This document shows, piece by piece, positions 19,385 to 29,759 of a DNA stretch of 64,000 nucleotides; position 1 is the stretch's first letter, and each line of letters opens with the position of its first letter. Source of the DNA: Methylobacter sp. (GTDB taxonomy: Bacteria; Pseudomonadota; Gammaproteobacteria; Methylococcales; Methylomonadaceae); NCBI GenBank assembly GCA_030653175.1, contig JAURZV010000047.1, forward strand, positions 8,819 through 72,818, in the 5' to 3' direction. A program made the position numbers and the translations under genes. A model generated the notes under the pieces. The model had not been told where the DNA came from. It did not search any database and saw only the letters and a program-made list of their open reading frames with translations.

Positions 19385-19840
19385 ACTACGAAGACACGAA
19401 GAAATATGACTTCTTGTCGATGTGGCGAATAAAAGAAAGCTACTCGCCAATACTTGTTCTCCTGTTTGGCGTCGCAAAATACGACGCTTGAAATCGTAAA
19501 GCAAATCTTGAACTCCAGTGTCTGTAAAACTTGGAGTTCAAGGCTTGCTTTGGACGCTCAATGCTGCAACGCCATAAATTCGTAATGTTTAATCAAGGCT
19601 ATGTCATCGTTAAGTATTGAAGACAACTCATACTGCATTAAGCTTAGGCAAATCAGCCATTGCAACAGGAGTGCAAGCTTTGCTTGTACTTGCAGGCGAA
19701 GCCCGCACTCCAGTAATCCAGTAGCTTCCACATTTAACGATGACATAGCCTTAATCAAAAATCCAAAGCAAGCTTTGGACTCCAAAAACCACACAATGCC
19801 TACTCTGCGTTTTTCTTCGTGTCTTCGTGGTGAATAAAAG
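19385..19840. mobile_element. About 450-bp nested foldback element with CGAAGACACGAAGAAA termini (CACGAAG family, copy A)
   Basis: The terminal IR is 19389-19404 versus 19812-19827. Inner IRs are TTAATCAAGGCTATGTCATCGTTAA (about 19590) with TTAACGATGACATAGCCTTAATCAA (about 19733), CTTGCTTTGGA with TCCAAAGCAAG, and a local hairpin CTTGAACTCCA..TGGAGTTCAAG. Confidence 0.65.
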
Positions 19841-19851
19841 CCTCTACCCAG

Positions 19852-20031
19852 CTAACAACACCGCTTAATCCCATTCCACTTTTCATCCTGCCACTGCTTG
19901 AAAAATACCTCTTTGCCCAACGGCGTATCGGCTTGATGATGCGCCGCATGGTGCTGTAAATAGCGCTCATAGGCATCATCTCCGGAAAGTCGACGCACCA
20001 TCCGCCAAAACATTTTGAGCTTGCCCAGCAT
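19852..20031 (-). CDS. YbdD/YjiX family small protein (DUF466), CstA partner
   Basis: 59 aa, MLGKLKMFWRMVRRLSGDDAYERYLQHH...KRCC. Its ATG overlaps the cstA stop (TGATG). Confidence 0.85.
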   Translation of the reverse strand: MLGKLKMFWRMVRRLSGDDAYERYLQHHAAHHQADTPLGKEVFFKQWQDEKWNGIKRCC

Positions 20032-22100
20032 CAATCCCTCACCCAATCTTCAACCAAGCGGCTCGGACTATGCGGCGATTCGGCAAGCGGCAGCACCGGC
20101 TTTCCGGCCAGATAACGGCTGCAAACGCGCAGCATATCGAACACAATCAGCCACAACAAGGTTACAAAAAACAAGGTCAGCCAGCCGTCCAGATGCAGGT
20201 TGAAAATCAACTTCGGCGCAATAGCCGCTTTCTCCGGCGGCAATGCGCCAACCGCCAACTTGTCGGCTAAGTCATTGGCCGCAGAAAAGAAACCGATCCG
20301 TATATTGTCGCTGGCGATTTTCTCCCAGGCCGCCGTGCTGGTGATCGTTACCAGCCACATTAGCGGCAAACCGGTCACCCAGGCATATTTAAGTTTGCCG
20401 GATTTAACCAAAATACCGGTCGCCACGCACAGCGCAATCGCGGCCAGCATTTGGTTGGCGATGCCGAACAGAGGCCACAAAATATTGACCCCGCCGTTCG
20501 GGTCTATCACGCCGATATAGAGAAAATAACCCCAACTAGCCACCACCAGCGCGCTGGTGAAAATAACCGAAGGCGTCCACGAAGTTTCCGCCATTTTCGG
20601 CCAAATATTGCCGAGCATGTCCTGCAACATGAAGCGCCCGACGCGGGTACCGGCATCCAGCGTAGTCAGGATGAAAATAGCCTCAAACATGATCGCAAAG
20701 TGATACCACAAGGCCAGCATGCTCTCGCCGAACGCGCTGCCGAAAATGCTTGCCATGCCGACGGCGAGTGACGGTGCGCCGCCGGTGCGGGCAAACAGCG
20801 TCGCCTCGCCCATTTGATTGGCCAGCAGCTGCATCTGTTCCACCGTGACCGGAAAGCCCCACGAGGAAATCTTGGCGACGGCATCGACAGCCTCCTTGCC
20901 GACTACCCCAGCCGGGCTGTTGATCGCAAAAAATACGCCGGGATCGAGCACCGTCGCCGCCATCATCGCCATGATCGCCACAAAGGATTCCAGCAACATG
21001 CCGCCGTAGCCGATCATGCGTATATCGCGTTCGTTGCTCAGCAATTTCGGCGTGGTGCCGGAAGCGATCAGCGCATGGAAACCGGAAATCGCCCCGCAAG
21101 CGATGGTGATAAACACGAACGGGAACAGCTTCCCGCCGAAAATAGGCCCGGTGCCGTCGATGAACTGCGTCAATGCAGGCATTTTCACGGTCGGTTGCAG
21201 CATGACAATCGCCACCGCCAGCAAGGTGATGGTGCCCAGCTTTACGTAAGTTGACAGATAATCGCGCGGCGCAAGCAACAACCAGACCGGCAAAATCGCG
21301 GCCGCAAAACCGTAAGCCATCACCGCCCACGCCAGCGTCAAGCCTTCGTGATCGAACCAAACGCGCAAGGTTTCATTGCGGTCGATCCAGCCGCCGCCAA
21401 CCACGGACAGCAACAACAAAGCCACGCCCAACGCAGAAGCTTCCAGCACCTGACCGGGACGGAAACTGCGCATATAAAGGCCGACTATCATCGCAATCGG
21501 GATAGTCGCCGACACCGTAGCCGTCGCCCACGGACTGTGCTTCATCGCGTTAACGACGACCAGCCCCAGCACCGCAATCAGGATGATCATGATCGCAAAC
21601 GTGCCGATCAGCGCCGCCGTACCGCCCAATGCTCCCAATTCGTCGCGCGCCATCTGCCCCAGGCTTTTGGCATCGCGCCGGGTAGACAAAAACAGCGTCA
21701 CCATGTCCTGCACACAACCGCCCAGCACCGCGCCGAACAATATCCACAGCGTCCCCGGCAAATAGCCGAACTGCGCGGCCAGCGTCGGCCCCACCAGCGG
21801 CCCGGGCCCTGCTATCGCGGCAAAATGATGGCCGAACACGATCCATTTATTGGTCGGCACAAAATCGCGACCGTTATCCAGCCGCTCAGCCGGAGTCGCC
21901 CGCGTTTCGTCAACCGCCAGCACCGTGGCGGCAATCCACACAGCATAAAAACGATAGGCAATGGCATAGACGCACAAGGCGGCGGTTATAAACCACAGCG
22001 TGTTGATGCTCTCGCCGCGGTTTAAAGCGATACCGCCGACGGCTGCCGCACCGAGTGCGGCAATCAATATCCAAATAGCATTTTTCAGTAGTTTATTCAT
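20031..22100 (-). CDS. cstA: Carbon starvation protein CstA (peptide/pyruvate transporter family)
   Basis: 689-aa polytopic protein with HHFAAIAGPGPLVGP and ISGFHALIASGTTPK motifs. Confidence 0.95.
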   Translation of the reverse strand: MNKLLKNAIWILIAALGAAAVGGIALNRGESINTLWFITAALCVYAIAYRFYAVWIAATVLAVDETRATPAERLDNGRDFVPTNKWIVFGHHFAAIAGPGPLVGPTLAAQFGYLPGTLWILFGAVLGGCVQDMVTLFLSTRRDAKSLGQMARDELGALGGTAALIGTFAIMIILIAVLGLVVVNAMKHSPWATATVSATIPIAMIVGLYMRSFRPGQVLEASALGVALLLLSVVGGGWIDRNETLRVWFDHEGLTLAWAVMAYGFAAAILPVWLLLAPRDYLSTYVKLGTITLLAVAIVMLQPTVKMPALTQFIDGTGPIFGGKLFPFVFITIACGAISGFHALIASGTTPKLLSNERDIRMIGYGGMLLESFVAIMAMMAATVLDPGVFFAINSPAGVVGKEAVDAVAKISSWGFPVTVEQMQLLANQMGEATLFARTGGAPSLAVGMASIFGSAFGESMLALWYHFAIMFEAIFILTTLDAGTRVGRFMLQDMLGNIWPKMAETSWTPSVIFTSALVVASWGYFLYIGVIDPNGGVNILWPLFGIANQMLAAIALCVATGILVKSGKLKYAWVTGLPLMWLVTITSTAAWEKIASDNIRIGFFSAANDLADKLAVGALPPEKAAIAPKLIFNLHLDGWLTLFFVTLLWLIVFDMLRVCSRYLAGKPVLPLAESPHSPSRLVEDWVRD

Positions 22101-22140
22101 CTGTCGTCTTCTTTTTATTATTGATGTTTTTGTATCAGCG

Positions 22141-22530
22141 TTAACCGATTAGCCGTTTTTTTGAGAAATAAATGACTTCCGGCAAGCCCTTAAAATGATC
22201 GTCAGCCGTTATCAGCGGCACATCCACCAGTCTTGCGGAGGCATAAATAATCGCATCGGCAAACGATAATCGATGTTGCAAAGCCAAGTCTGCCGCATAC
22301 AGTGACAGCCGGGTAGTCAATGGCAAGACCCGTCCTTGTTCGGTTAAAGCGATAACTTCCAAGGCTTCAACCTCGCTTTTTTCGCGCTTTGCCCATTTAT
22401 AGAGTTCAAATTGCAGGGTAGTGGGAATGATCAAATCAGCCGGATCGGCCAGATAGGGCGCAAAGGCATCTGCTAACTGCCCGTCGGTTAACCATTCTAT
22501 CCAGCCGCAGGTGTCAACCAGACCAGCCAT
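22141..22530 (-). CDS. vapC: PIN-domain toxin VapC (second module)
   Basis: 129 aa, MAGLVDTCGWIEWL..with the C-terminal PLITADDHF motif typical of VapC. Its start abuts the antitoxin stop. Confidence 0.8.
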   Translation of the reverse strand: MAGLVDTCGWIEWLTDGQLADAFAPYLADPADLIIPTTLQFELYKWAKREKSEVEALEVIALTEQGRVLPLTTRLSLYAADLALQHRLSFADAIIYASARLVDVPLITADDHFKGLPEVIYFSKKRLIG

Positions 22531-22739
22531 TAAACTCTATCCTTATGATCCCTGTAATCATTTGGGTTGCTGCCTTTAAAACTCCCCCTGGCCGCTGCTA
22601 ATGAGCGAACCGGAACCAGCTCAATAATGTCACCCTTAGCGATCAGGGTAAACTGTTGCCCCGCTTTCAGATCAAGTTGATCCCGAATAGCCTTAGGTAT
22701 TGCCAATTGGAATTTGCTGGATAATTTAGCCGAAATCAT
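22530..22739 (-). CDS. vapB: AbrB/SpoVT-family antitoxin VapB (second module)
   Basis: 69 aa, MISAKLSSKFQLAIPKAIRDQL, with a 1-nt overlap with vapC. Confidence 0.75.
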   Translation of the reverse strand: MISAKLSSKFQLAIPKAIRDQLDLKAGQQFTLIAKGDIIELVPVRSLAAARGSFKGSNPNDYRDHKDRV

Positions 22740-23024
22740 ACTAACTCCTTGGTGATGCTATCGATCGAATAAAAGTAAAATCATAGGGAATACTTTGGGT
22801 TGAAGCAAGCATTGGTTTGTTCGTTTCTTTGGCGGGCATGCTTTGCTATCGCAGGTGGACAAATGAAACGTGCGCCATGTTTTAATTTAGCAACGTTGGG
22901 TCGCCTAAAGCGCCATGCTGTCCAAACCAACATCCACGACCGACTGCTGAATCCATTATTTATAGTCGCCATTGACCTACGAAACCCTATCAACGAGGTA
23001 ACAGCGCCATCCTGCGGCAATATT

Positions 23025-23681
23025 TTATGGATGCCCACCCTCTTTTTTCGCAGCAAATTTGCCTACCAGTCCGGCCATGGCCGCTGCCTCTCTCTGGTCA
23101 CGTTCATTAAGCCCTTTTATCACGCCAACCTGATTTTGCGACGGCTGATTCTGGCTCACCTTCCACTTCCCGGATAATCGGGTGACTACAATTTCAATAC
23201 CCACAACGGCTTCGATTAACTTTTCGGTAAAATCGAGAGGCGCATCCGATACCGCCCAAGGCTTGGCAAAAGCCGCCTCGTTATGAGCAGTGAGCGCTTC
23301 AAGCTGGGTGCGCACCCAAACAGCATCGTTGATTACCCGTAGAGTGCCGTATGCATGAACGACTGCGTAATTCCATGTAGGAACAACTTTTCCTGTTTCC
23401 TGTTTGGTCGCGTACCAGGATGGAGTGATGTAAGCGTCAGGGCCTTGAAAAACGGCCAGCACTTCCACATCTTTTGCGTAATCGCTCCACATGGGATTTG
23501 CACGGGCGACATGTCCTCTCAAGATACCGAATGGTGCCGCATCATCCGACAGATGCAACGGAATGTGATTTGCATTGAGTCCATTTGAAGACAACGTAAC
23601 CAATGTGGCAAGAGAATGCGTACGGATAAGCTCGTGCATGACGCTGACCCTCGGTTCTTCAAAATGTGCTGGTATGTACAC
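23025..23681 (-). CDS. FMN-binding negative transcriptional regulator PaiB family
   Basis: 218 aa, MYIPAHFEE..LATLVT..HIPLHL..RGHVARANP..VPTWNY, the PaiB/pyridoxamine-oxidase-like fold signature. Confidence 0.8.
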   Translation of the reverse strand: MYIPAHFEEPRVSVMHELIRTHSLATLVTLSSNGLNANHIPLHLSDDAAPFGILRGHVARANPMWSDYAKDVEVLAVFQGPDAYITPSWYATKQETGKVVPTWNYAVVHAYGTLRVINDAVWVRTQLEALTAHNEAAFAKPWAVSDAPLDFTEKLIEAVVGIEIVVTRLSGKWKVSQNQPSQNQVGVIKGLNERDQREAAAMAGLVGKFAAKKEGGHP

Positions 23682-23738
23682 GGTTATGCCTCTTCAAGTA
23701 AAACGCGTTCGACATATAAAATGCATTTATGTCATAAC

Positions 23739-23771
23739 AAAAAAAAGCCCATCATAAAGACGGGCTTTTTT
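23739..23771 (-). terminator. Intrinsic terminator after ilvC
   Basis: A8-GCCCATC...GACGGGC-T6 lies 24 nt downstream of the ilvC stop, with A/T tracts on both sides. Confidence 0.6.
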
Positions 23772-23794
23772 AAACGCTTAAACCGACTATAAGA

Positions 23795-24844
<1,050 letters not shown>

Positions 24845-24857
24845 TTAGGCGAAAGGC

Positions 24858-25349
24858 TTACAAATGTAGCCCTTTTTCGCCTCTTGAAATACCTGTCGGT
24901 CCGGAACGAACGACTTCAATTATGGTACCGCCATCAATGCCTGCAATAAAGGCGTCCAGTTTACTGGAAGGGCCGGTCATTTCCACGACATAAGTGGTTG
25001 GCGTTACATCGATAATCTTGCCGCGAAATATAGCCGCCATGCCTCTGATTTCTTCGCGCGTATGCTCGGTGGTTTTGATCTTGACCATCATCAGTTCCCG
25101 TTCGATATGAACGGAGTCCGCCAAGTCTATCAGTTTAACCACATCAATCAGTTTATTCAGCTGCTTGGTAATTTGCTCGATAATGTCGTCGCTGCCGCGA
25201 GTGACCAGAGTCATTCTCGACAGACTGGGATCTTCCGTAGGCGCTACGGTCAAGGACTCGATATTGTAGCCTCGCGCGGAAAACAAGCCTGCTACCCGCG
25301 ATAATGCACCGGATTCATTTTCAATCAGGATAGAAATAATATGTCTCAT
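24858..25349 (-). CDS. ilvH: Acetolactate synthase small (regulatory) subunit
   Basis: 163 aa, [35 protein letters not shown] (ACT domain). Confidence 0.95.
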   Translation of the reverse strand: MRHIISILIENESGALSRVAGLFSARGYNIESLTVAPTEDPSLSRMTLVTRGSDDIIEQITKQLNKLIDVVKLIDLADSVHIERELMMVKIKTTEHTREEIRGMAAIFRGKIIDVTPTTYVVEMTGPSSKLDAFIAGIDGGTIIEVVRSGPTGISRGEKGLHL

Positions 25350-27085
25350 TATGCCAATTCCCTGTCGGTCGATGTCCCTGATGCAACTCTTAAGGTCATA
25401 TCATGATGGCCTTTGCCGGCTTCAATCATCGGGTAAACATTTTCGGTTCGGTCAGTCAGTATGTCCAAAAACACCGTGCGGTCTTTCATCGCAAAGGCTT
25501 CTTCCAGAGCCGGTCTGACTTCCTCAGGTTTATCGATACGCATGCCGACATGACCGTAGGCCTCTGCCAGTTTGACAAACTCAGGAATGGTATCCATGTA
25601 CGAATGCGAGTAGCGGCTTTCGTAGGAAAATTCCTGCCATTGCCGAACCATACCCATATAGCTGTTATTCAGGTTGATAATTTTTATCGGCGTTTTGTAT
25701 TGCAGAGCGGTCGATAATTCCTGAATACACATTTGGATGCTGGCATCGCCGGTTACACAGGCAACTTCGGAATCGGGAAATGCCAATTTAACGCCGATAG
25801 CCGCAGGCAAACCAAAGCCCATCGTGCCCAAGCCGCCCGAGTTAATCCACCGACGGGGTTTGTCGAACGGGTAATACTGGGCAGCCCACATTTGATGCTG
25901 GCCTACATCCGAAGTGATATACGCATCGCCTTTGGTGACTTCGTACAATTGCTCAATCACATATTGCGGCTTAATCAGACGGCTTTCGCGATCATATTCC
26001 AAGCACTTGACAGACCGCCATTGTTCAATTTGATTCCACCAGTTTTCTAAAGCTTTTTTAGACGGCTTCTTTTTGTTTTCCCTGATTATTTCAAGCATCT
26101 GCTCCAATACCGGCTTAACTTCGCCCACGATGGGAATAGCAACTTTAACGGTCTTGGAAATAGACGCAGGATCAACATCGATATGGATAATTTGGGCGTG
26201 CGGGCAAAACTCATCCAACTTGCCGGTGACGCGGTCGTCAAAACGCGCGCCGATAGCAATAATCACATCGCTCTCATGCATCGCCATGTTGGCTTCATAA
26301 GTGCCGTGCATACCCAGCATGCCGACGAACTGTTTGTCGGTTGCGGGATAAGCGCCCAAGCCCATCAAGGTATTGGTAACCGGAAAGCCCAGTGTGTGAG
26401 CGAATTCGGTCAATTCCTTGCTGGCTTCACCCAAAACCACACCGCCGCCGGAATAAATGATCGGCTTTTGTGCGGTCAATAATAAATCCACCGCTTTTTT
26501 AATCTGCCCCTTATGGCCGGTGACCGCCGGATTATAAGAACGGATAGAAACTTTCTTAGGGTATTTATAAGGTACTTTTATTCCGGGGTCGGTTATGTCT
26601 TTGGGCACATCAACAACAACAGGGCCGGGACGGCCGGTTGTCGCCACATAAAATGCCTTCTTGATGGTTTCAGCCAGCTTGGTGACATCTTTGACCAAAA
26701 AGTTATGCTTCACGCAGGGACGGGTAATGCCCACCATATCGACTTCCTGAAAAGCATCGCTGCCGATAACCGGCGACGGCACTTGGCCGGAAATAATCAC
26801 CATCGGGATTGAATCCATATAAGCGGTGGCAATGCCGGTTACGGCATTGGTAGCGCCAGGCCCGGAAGTGACCAGAACTACGCCCGGTTTGCCGGTTGCA
26901 CGGGCATAGCCATCCGCCGCGTGCGTAGCGCCTTGTTCGTGTCGAACCAGAATGTGTTTGACATCATCCTGCTGGAAAATTGCATCGTATAAATGCAATA
27001 CCGCCCCGCCGGGATAGCCGAAAATATATTCTACGCCTTCGTCCTTAAGACTCTGAATTACAATTTGTGCGCCGTTTAACTCCAC
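25349..27085 (-). CDS. ilvI: Acetolactate synthase large (catalytic) subunit
   Basis: 578 aa, a ThDP enzyme ([29 protein letters not shown]). It shares 1 nt with the ilvH start. Confidence 0.95.
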   Translation of the reverse strand: MELNGAQIVIQSLKDEGVEYIFGYPGGAVLHLYDAIFQQDDVKHILVRHEQGATHAADGYARATGKPGVVLVTSGPGATNAVTGIATAYMDSIPMVIISGQVPSPVIGSDAFQEVDMVGITRPCVKHNFLVKDVTKLAETIKKAFYVATTGRPGPVVVDVPKDITDPGIKVPYKYPKKVSIRSYNPAVTGHKGQIKKAVDLLLTAQKPIIYSGGGVVLGEASKELTEFAHTLGFPVTNTLMGLGAYPATDKQFVGMLGMHGTYEANMAMHESDVIIAIGARFDDRVTGKLDEFCPHAQIIHIDVDPASISKTVKVAIPIVGEVKPVLEQMLEIIRENKKKPSKKALENWWNQIEQWRSVKCLEYDRESRLIKPQYVIEQLYEVTKGDAYITSDVGQHQMWAAQYYPFDKPRRWINSGGLGTMGFGLPAAIGVKLAFPDSEVACVTGDASIQMCIQELSTALQYKTPIKIINLNNSYMGMVRQWQEFSYESRYSHSYMDTIPEFVKLAEAYGHVGMRIDKPEEVRPALEEAFAMKDRTVFLDILTDRTENVYPMIEAGKGHHDMTLRVASGTSTDRELA

Positions 27086-27411
27086 GCTAATACCCTCAAA
27101 ATAGACTTTCGAATTAAGCCGATTATATGTGCGTTTAAAAATTCAAGGCCAAATACCCGGTGTATTTTAAAGAACGTCATATAGACTGCTGCTGGTAGTC
27201 GCCTTTTTCAGGCGACATAATATAAGCATTTTACTAGGTTTTTGGGCAAATTGTACATGCATCTCTTATCCTTTTTAATTCCTGCTTGGCCGGTAAACAA
27301 TCAAATATTGATTGTCGCTAAAAAGGTATTATCGGTGAATTTAAAGAAAAGCTGATTGATGCCGGTCGTGATTCGAGGCCTTAAAGTAAGGGCGATTTGC
27401 TTTGGCAGGCG

Positions 27412-28242
27412 CTACTGCTCCAAAAATTCAACCTCATAACCGGCAAACTTGCGGATATTAATAACGCCGGTATCCAACAATAAATATTGTCCTTTAACGC
27501 CGTGTAGTACTCCGGATACTTCGGCGTTCTTATCAAGATTAAAGGACTTGACCTTAACCGGATAACTGTTTACAGGAAAATGAATGTCCACAACCGGCTC
27601 ATCGGCTAAAAATTCAATTGCCTGCCGCCCAAAACGCTGGGTAATTTCGGCCAACTCCGTGTCACAAACAGCAATTAATTCATCCCGTTTTGCAATCAGA
27701 TCGATAGGCTCTGCCTTACTTTTAAGCATTTGCTGCCAGCTGGTTTTGTCGCTGACATGTTTGGCAATGGCGATTTCAACCAAGCCGGAAATATAGCGCG
27801 ATTGCACTTTAAAAACCGGCAGCGCCAGTACTGCGCCCTGATCTATCCAGCGTGTCGGGATTTGCGTCTGCCGGGTAATGCCAACCTTAATTCCGCTGGA
27901 ATTGGCCAGATAAACCACATGCGGCTGAAAACAAAATTCCTCGCCCCATGAAGGTTCCCGGCAGGTGCCGGCCATATAATGGCAAGTTTCCGGTTTCATG
28001 ATGCACATGTCGCATTGCGCAAGCGAAATAAAGCAGGGGTAGCAATAACCCTGATTAAAACTCTTTTTAATTGACCTGTTGCAATGTACACACAAGATCT
28101 TACCTGTATATACCAGCTTAATTGACTTACCGATCAGCGAATTTAAAGCGACCAGCTGATCGCCTAACGGCAACTCGTACTGAACCGGCTTTGAGCTATC
28201 CGGCTCCAGCCGGGCGTGCATTTTTCTTAATTGTCCCTGCAT
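27412..28242 (-). CDS. DUF2797-like Cys-rich protein
   Basis: 276 aa with clustered CxxC motifs (CVHCNR..GYCYPCF..CDMCIMKPETCHY). I recognise the pattern as DUF2797; the function is unknown. Confidence 0.55.
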   Translation of the reverse strand: MQGQLRKMHARLEPDSSKPVQYELPLGDQLVALNSLIGKSIKLVYTGKILCVHCNRSIKKSFNQGYCYPCFISLAQCDMCIMKPETCHYMAGTCREPSWGEEFCFQPHVVYLANSSGIKVGITRQTQIPTRWIDQGAVLALPVFKVQSRYISGLVEIAIAKHVSDKTSWQQMLKSKAEPIDLIAKRDELIAVCDTELAEITQRFGRQAIEFLADEPVVDIHFPVNSYPVKVKSFNLDKNAEVSGVLHGVKGQYLLLDTGVINIRKFAGYEVEFLEQ

Positions 28243-28279
28243 TCAGGCATTTCCTATAAAACTAACAACAACGGGCCGG

Positions 28280-28726
28280 TTAAAGATAACCGTCAGTATT
28301 TTTTACCAGCCAACGCTCGGCTTGGGATTTTAACAACTCCTTTTTCCAGAAAGGCGCTCTCGATTTTAACGCTTCCATGATGTATCGACTTGCATCAAAA
28401 GCGTCACCACGGTGCGATGTCCATACCGCCACCAGCACAATCGGGTCATTAGGTAAAATATCACCCACCCGATGCACCACCAAAGCATCAATAATCGGCC
28501 ATTGCCGCACGGCTTCGGCAACGATTTTTTCCAGCTGCTTTTCGGTCATGCCCGGGTAATGTTCCAGGGTCATACCCTTAACATCATCACCTTCATTGAA
28601 ATCGCGCATCGTGCCTATAAAAATACTGGTTGCACCAAACTTACCGGCCATATTATTTGCCGAATGTTGATGGATCTGAATTTCCTGCCAGGGATCGAAA
28701 GGTTCCGCGCAAACTTTTATAGCCAT
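28280..28726 (-). CDS. moaE: Molybdopterin synthase catalytic subunit MoaE
   Basis: 148 aa with GATSIFIGTMRD..LEHYPGM..HRVG..FWKKE motifs, immediately downstream of moaD. Confidence 0.9.
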   Translation of the reverse strand: MAIKVCAEPFDPWQEIQIHQHSANNMAGKFGATSIFIGTMRDFNEGDDVKGMTLEHYPGMTEKQLEKIVAEAVRQWPIIDALVVHRVGDILPNDPIVLVAVWTSHRGDAFDASRYIMEALKSRAPFWKKELLKSQAERWLVKNTDGYL

Positions 28727-28728
28727 CG

Positions 28729-28962
28729 TCAGCCTCCGGTCACCGGTGGAAAAAAAGCCACCTCATCGCCGTCATTAACAACATTATTTAATTCAACATA
28801 GTCCATATTCACCGCCGCCAAACTATTATCCGGCAGTGCTTTATTCGGATTCGCGCTGTGCCATACATCGCCGACTGTAGCCAATCCTGAAAACTCCAGA
28901 TTATCTTCCGAACGGCCGATACTTTCTTTCAAGCTGGCAAAATAACGTACCTTAATTGACAT
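28729..28962 (-). CDS. moaD: Molybdopterin synthase sulfur-carrier subunit MoaD
   Basis: 77 aa, a ubiquitin-like protein ending FFPPVTGG. Confidence 0.9.
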   Translation of the reverse strand: MSIKVRYFASLKESIGRSEDNLEFSGLATVGDVWHSANPNKALPDNSLAAVNMDYVELNNVVNDGDEVAFFPPVTGG

Positions 28963-29103
28963 AATCAGTCACCCAGTCACAAAAAATAGAATTGGCACGA
29001 AGTGCATTGTATGGGAGATCTGTCGATCGCCTTTTTAGTTTTCTTAACCGGCAGTTGTTATAATAAAAACGTGCCTGCCCTTTCACTGATAATTTTACAG
29101 AAA

Positions 29104-29586
29104 ATGACTGCATTAACCCACTTTAATCAATCCGGCGAAGCTCACATGGTTGACGTCGGCGACAAGGCGATCACCCAGCGTACAGCCGTCACCGAAGGCT
29201 ATATTGAAATGCAGCCGGAAACACTCAAGCTGATCATAGATGGCGGAAACCAAAAAGGCGACGTGCTGGCTATAGCAAGAATAGCCGGTATCATGGCCAG
29301 CAAAAAAACTGCGGACCTGATCCCGCTCTGCCATCCACTGCCTCTAACTCATGTAGAAATCAAGCTGAGCGCTGAAATCGACAGCAACCGGATACGTTGC
29401 CAAACCACTGTAAAAACCAACGGACAAACCGGCGTAGAAATGGAAGCGCTTAATGCCACGCAGATTGCATTACTCACTATTTACGATATGTGCAAAGCCG
29501 TAGACAGGGGAATGATTATCCAGTCAGTCCGATTACTGGAGAAAGATGGCGGCAAGTCAGGGCACTGGCAGAAAGCTACCGGATAA
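29104..29586 (+). CDS. moaC: Cyclic pyranopterin monophosphate synthase MoaC
   Basis: [49 protein letters not shown]. The start is taken at the ATG at 29104 rather than the long ORF start at 29002. Confidence 0.93.
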   Translation: MTALTHFNQSGEAHMVDVGDKAITQRTAVTEGYIEMQPETLKLIIDGGNQKGDVLAIARIAGIMASKKTADLIPLCHPLPLTHVEIKLSAEIDSNRIRCQTTVKTNGQTGVEMEALNATQIALLTIYDMCKAVDRGMIIQSVRLLEKDGGKSGHWQKATG

Positions 29587-29759
29587 TTCAGTTGTGATAT
29601 TGGGGCGCTAAAAATCGAAAGAAAATTCAAACGGCTGTTCTATTATCCTGGCGAACAACCGGGTAATGCGGTTGTTTATTAGATTTATTACACTAGACTT
29701 ATATTTTCAACAACGTGCCGACTGCTTTGGCGCCATTCAGAATAACAGCAGAGACAACT

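Noticed and set aside
19558-19837. Two 78-codon ORFs on opposite strands (19558..19794 -, 19601..19837 +)
   Set aside because: They are mirror images generated by the nested inverted repeats of the foldback element. They have no Shine-Dalgarno sequence and implausible composition.
20070-22025. Many 60-225 aa alternative-frame and antisense ORFs inside cstA (for example 20683..21360 -, 21348..22025 +)
   Set aside because: These are Arg/His/Gly-rich translations typical of off-frame reading of a GC-rich membrane-protein gene. The cstA frame is unambiguous.
22740-23177. ORFs 22781..23056 (-) and 22800..23177 (+) in or near the vapB-paiB gap; also considered as an ncRNA or gene remnant
   Set aside because: They overlap each other and the paiB 3' end, and have no Shine-Dalgarno sequence or recognisable family. 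I could not recognise any RNA family motif by eye, so the 285-bp gap is left unexplained rather than annotated.
28993-29008. TGGCACGAAGTGCAT upstream of moaC, resembling a sigma54 -24/-12 element
   Set aside because: The GC of the putative -12 element is 2 nt too close to the GG for the TGGCAC-N5-TTGC spacing.
29002-29103. 34-codon N-terminal extension of the moaC ORF
   Set aside because: MoaC homology begins at MTALTHF (ATG at 29104). The extension is hydrophobic junk overlapping the divergent promoter region.
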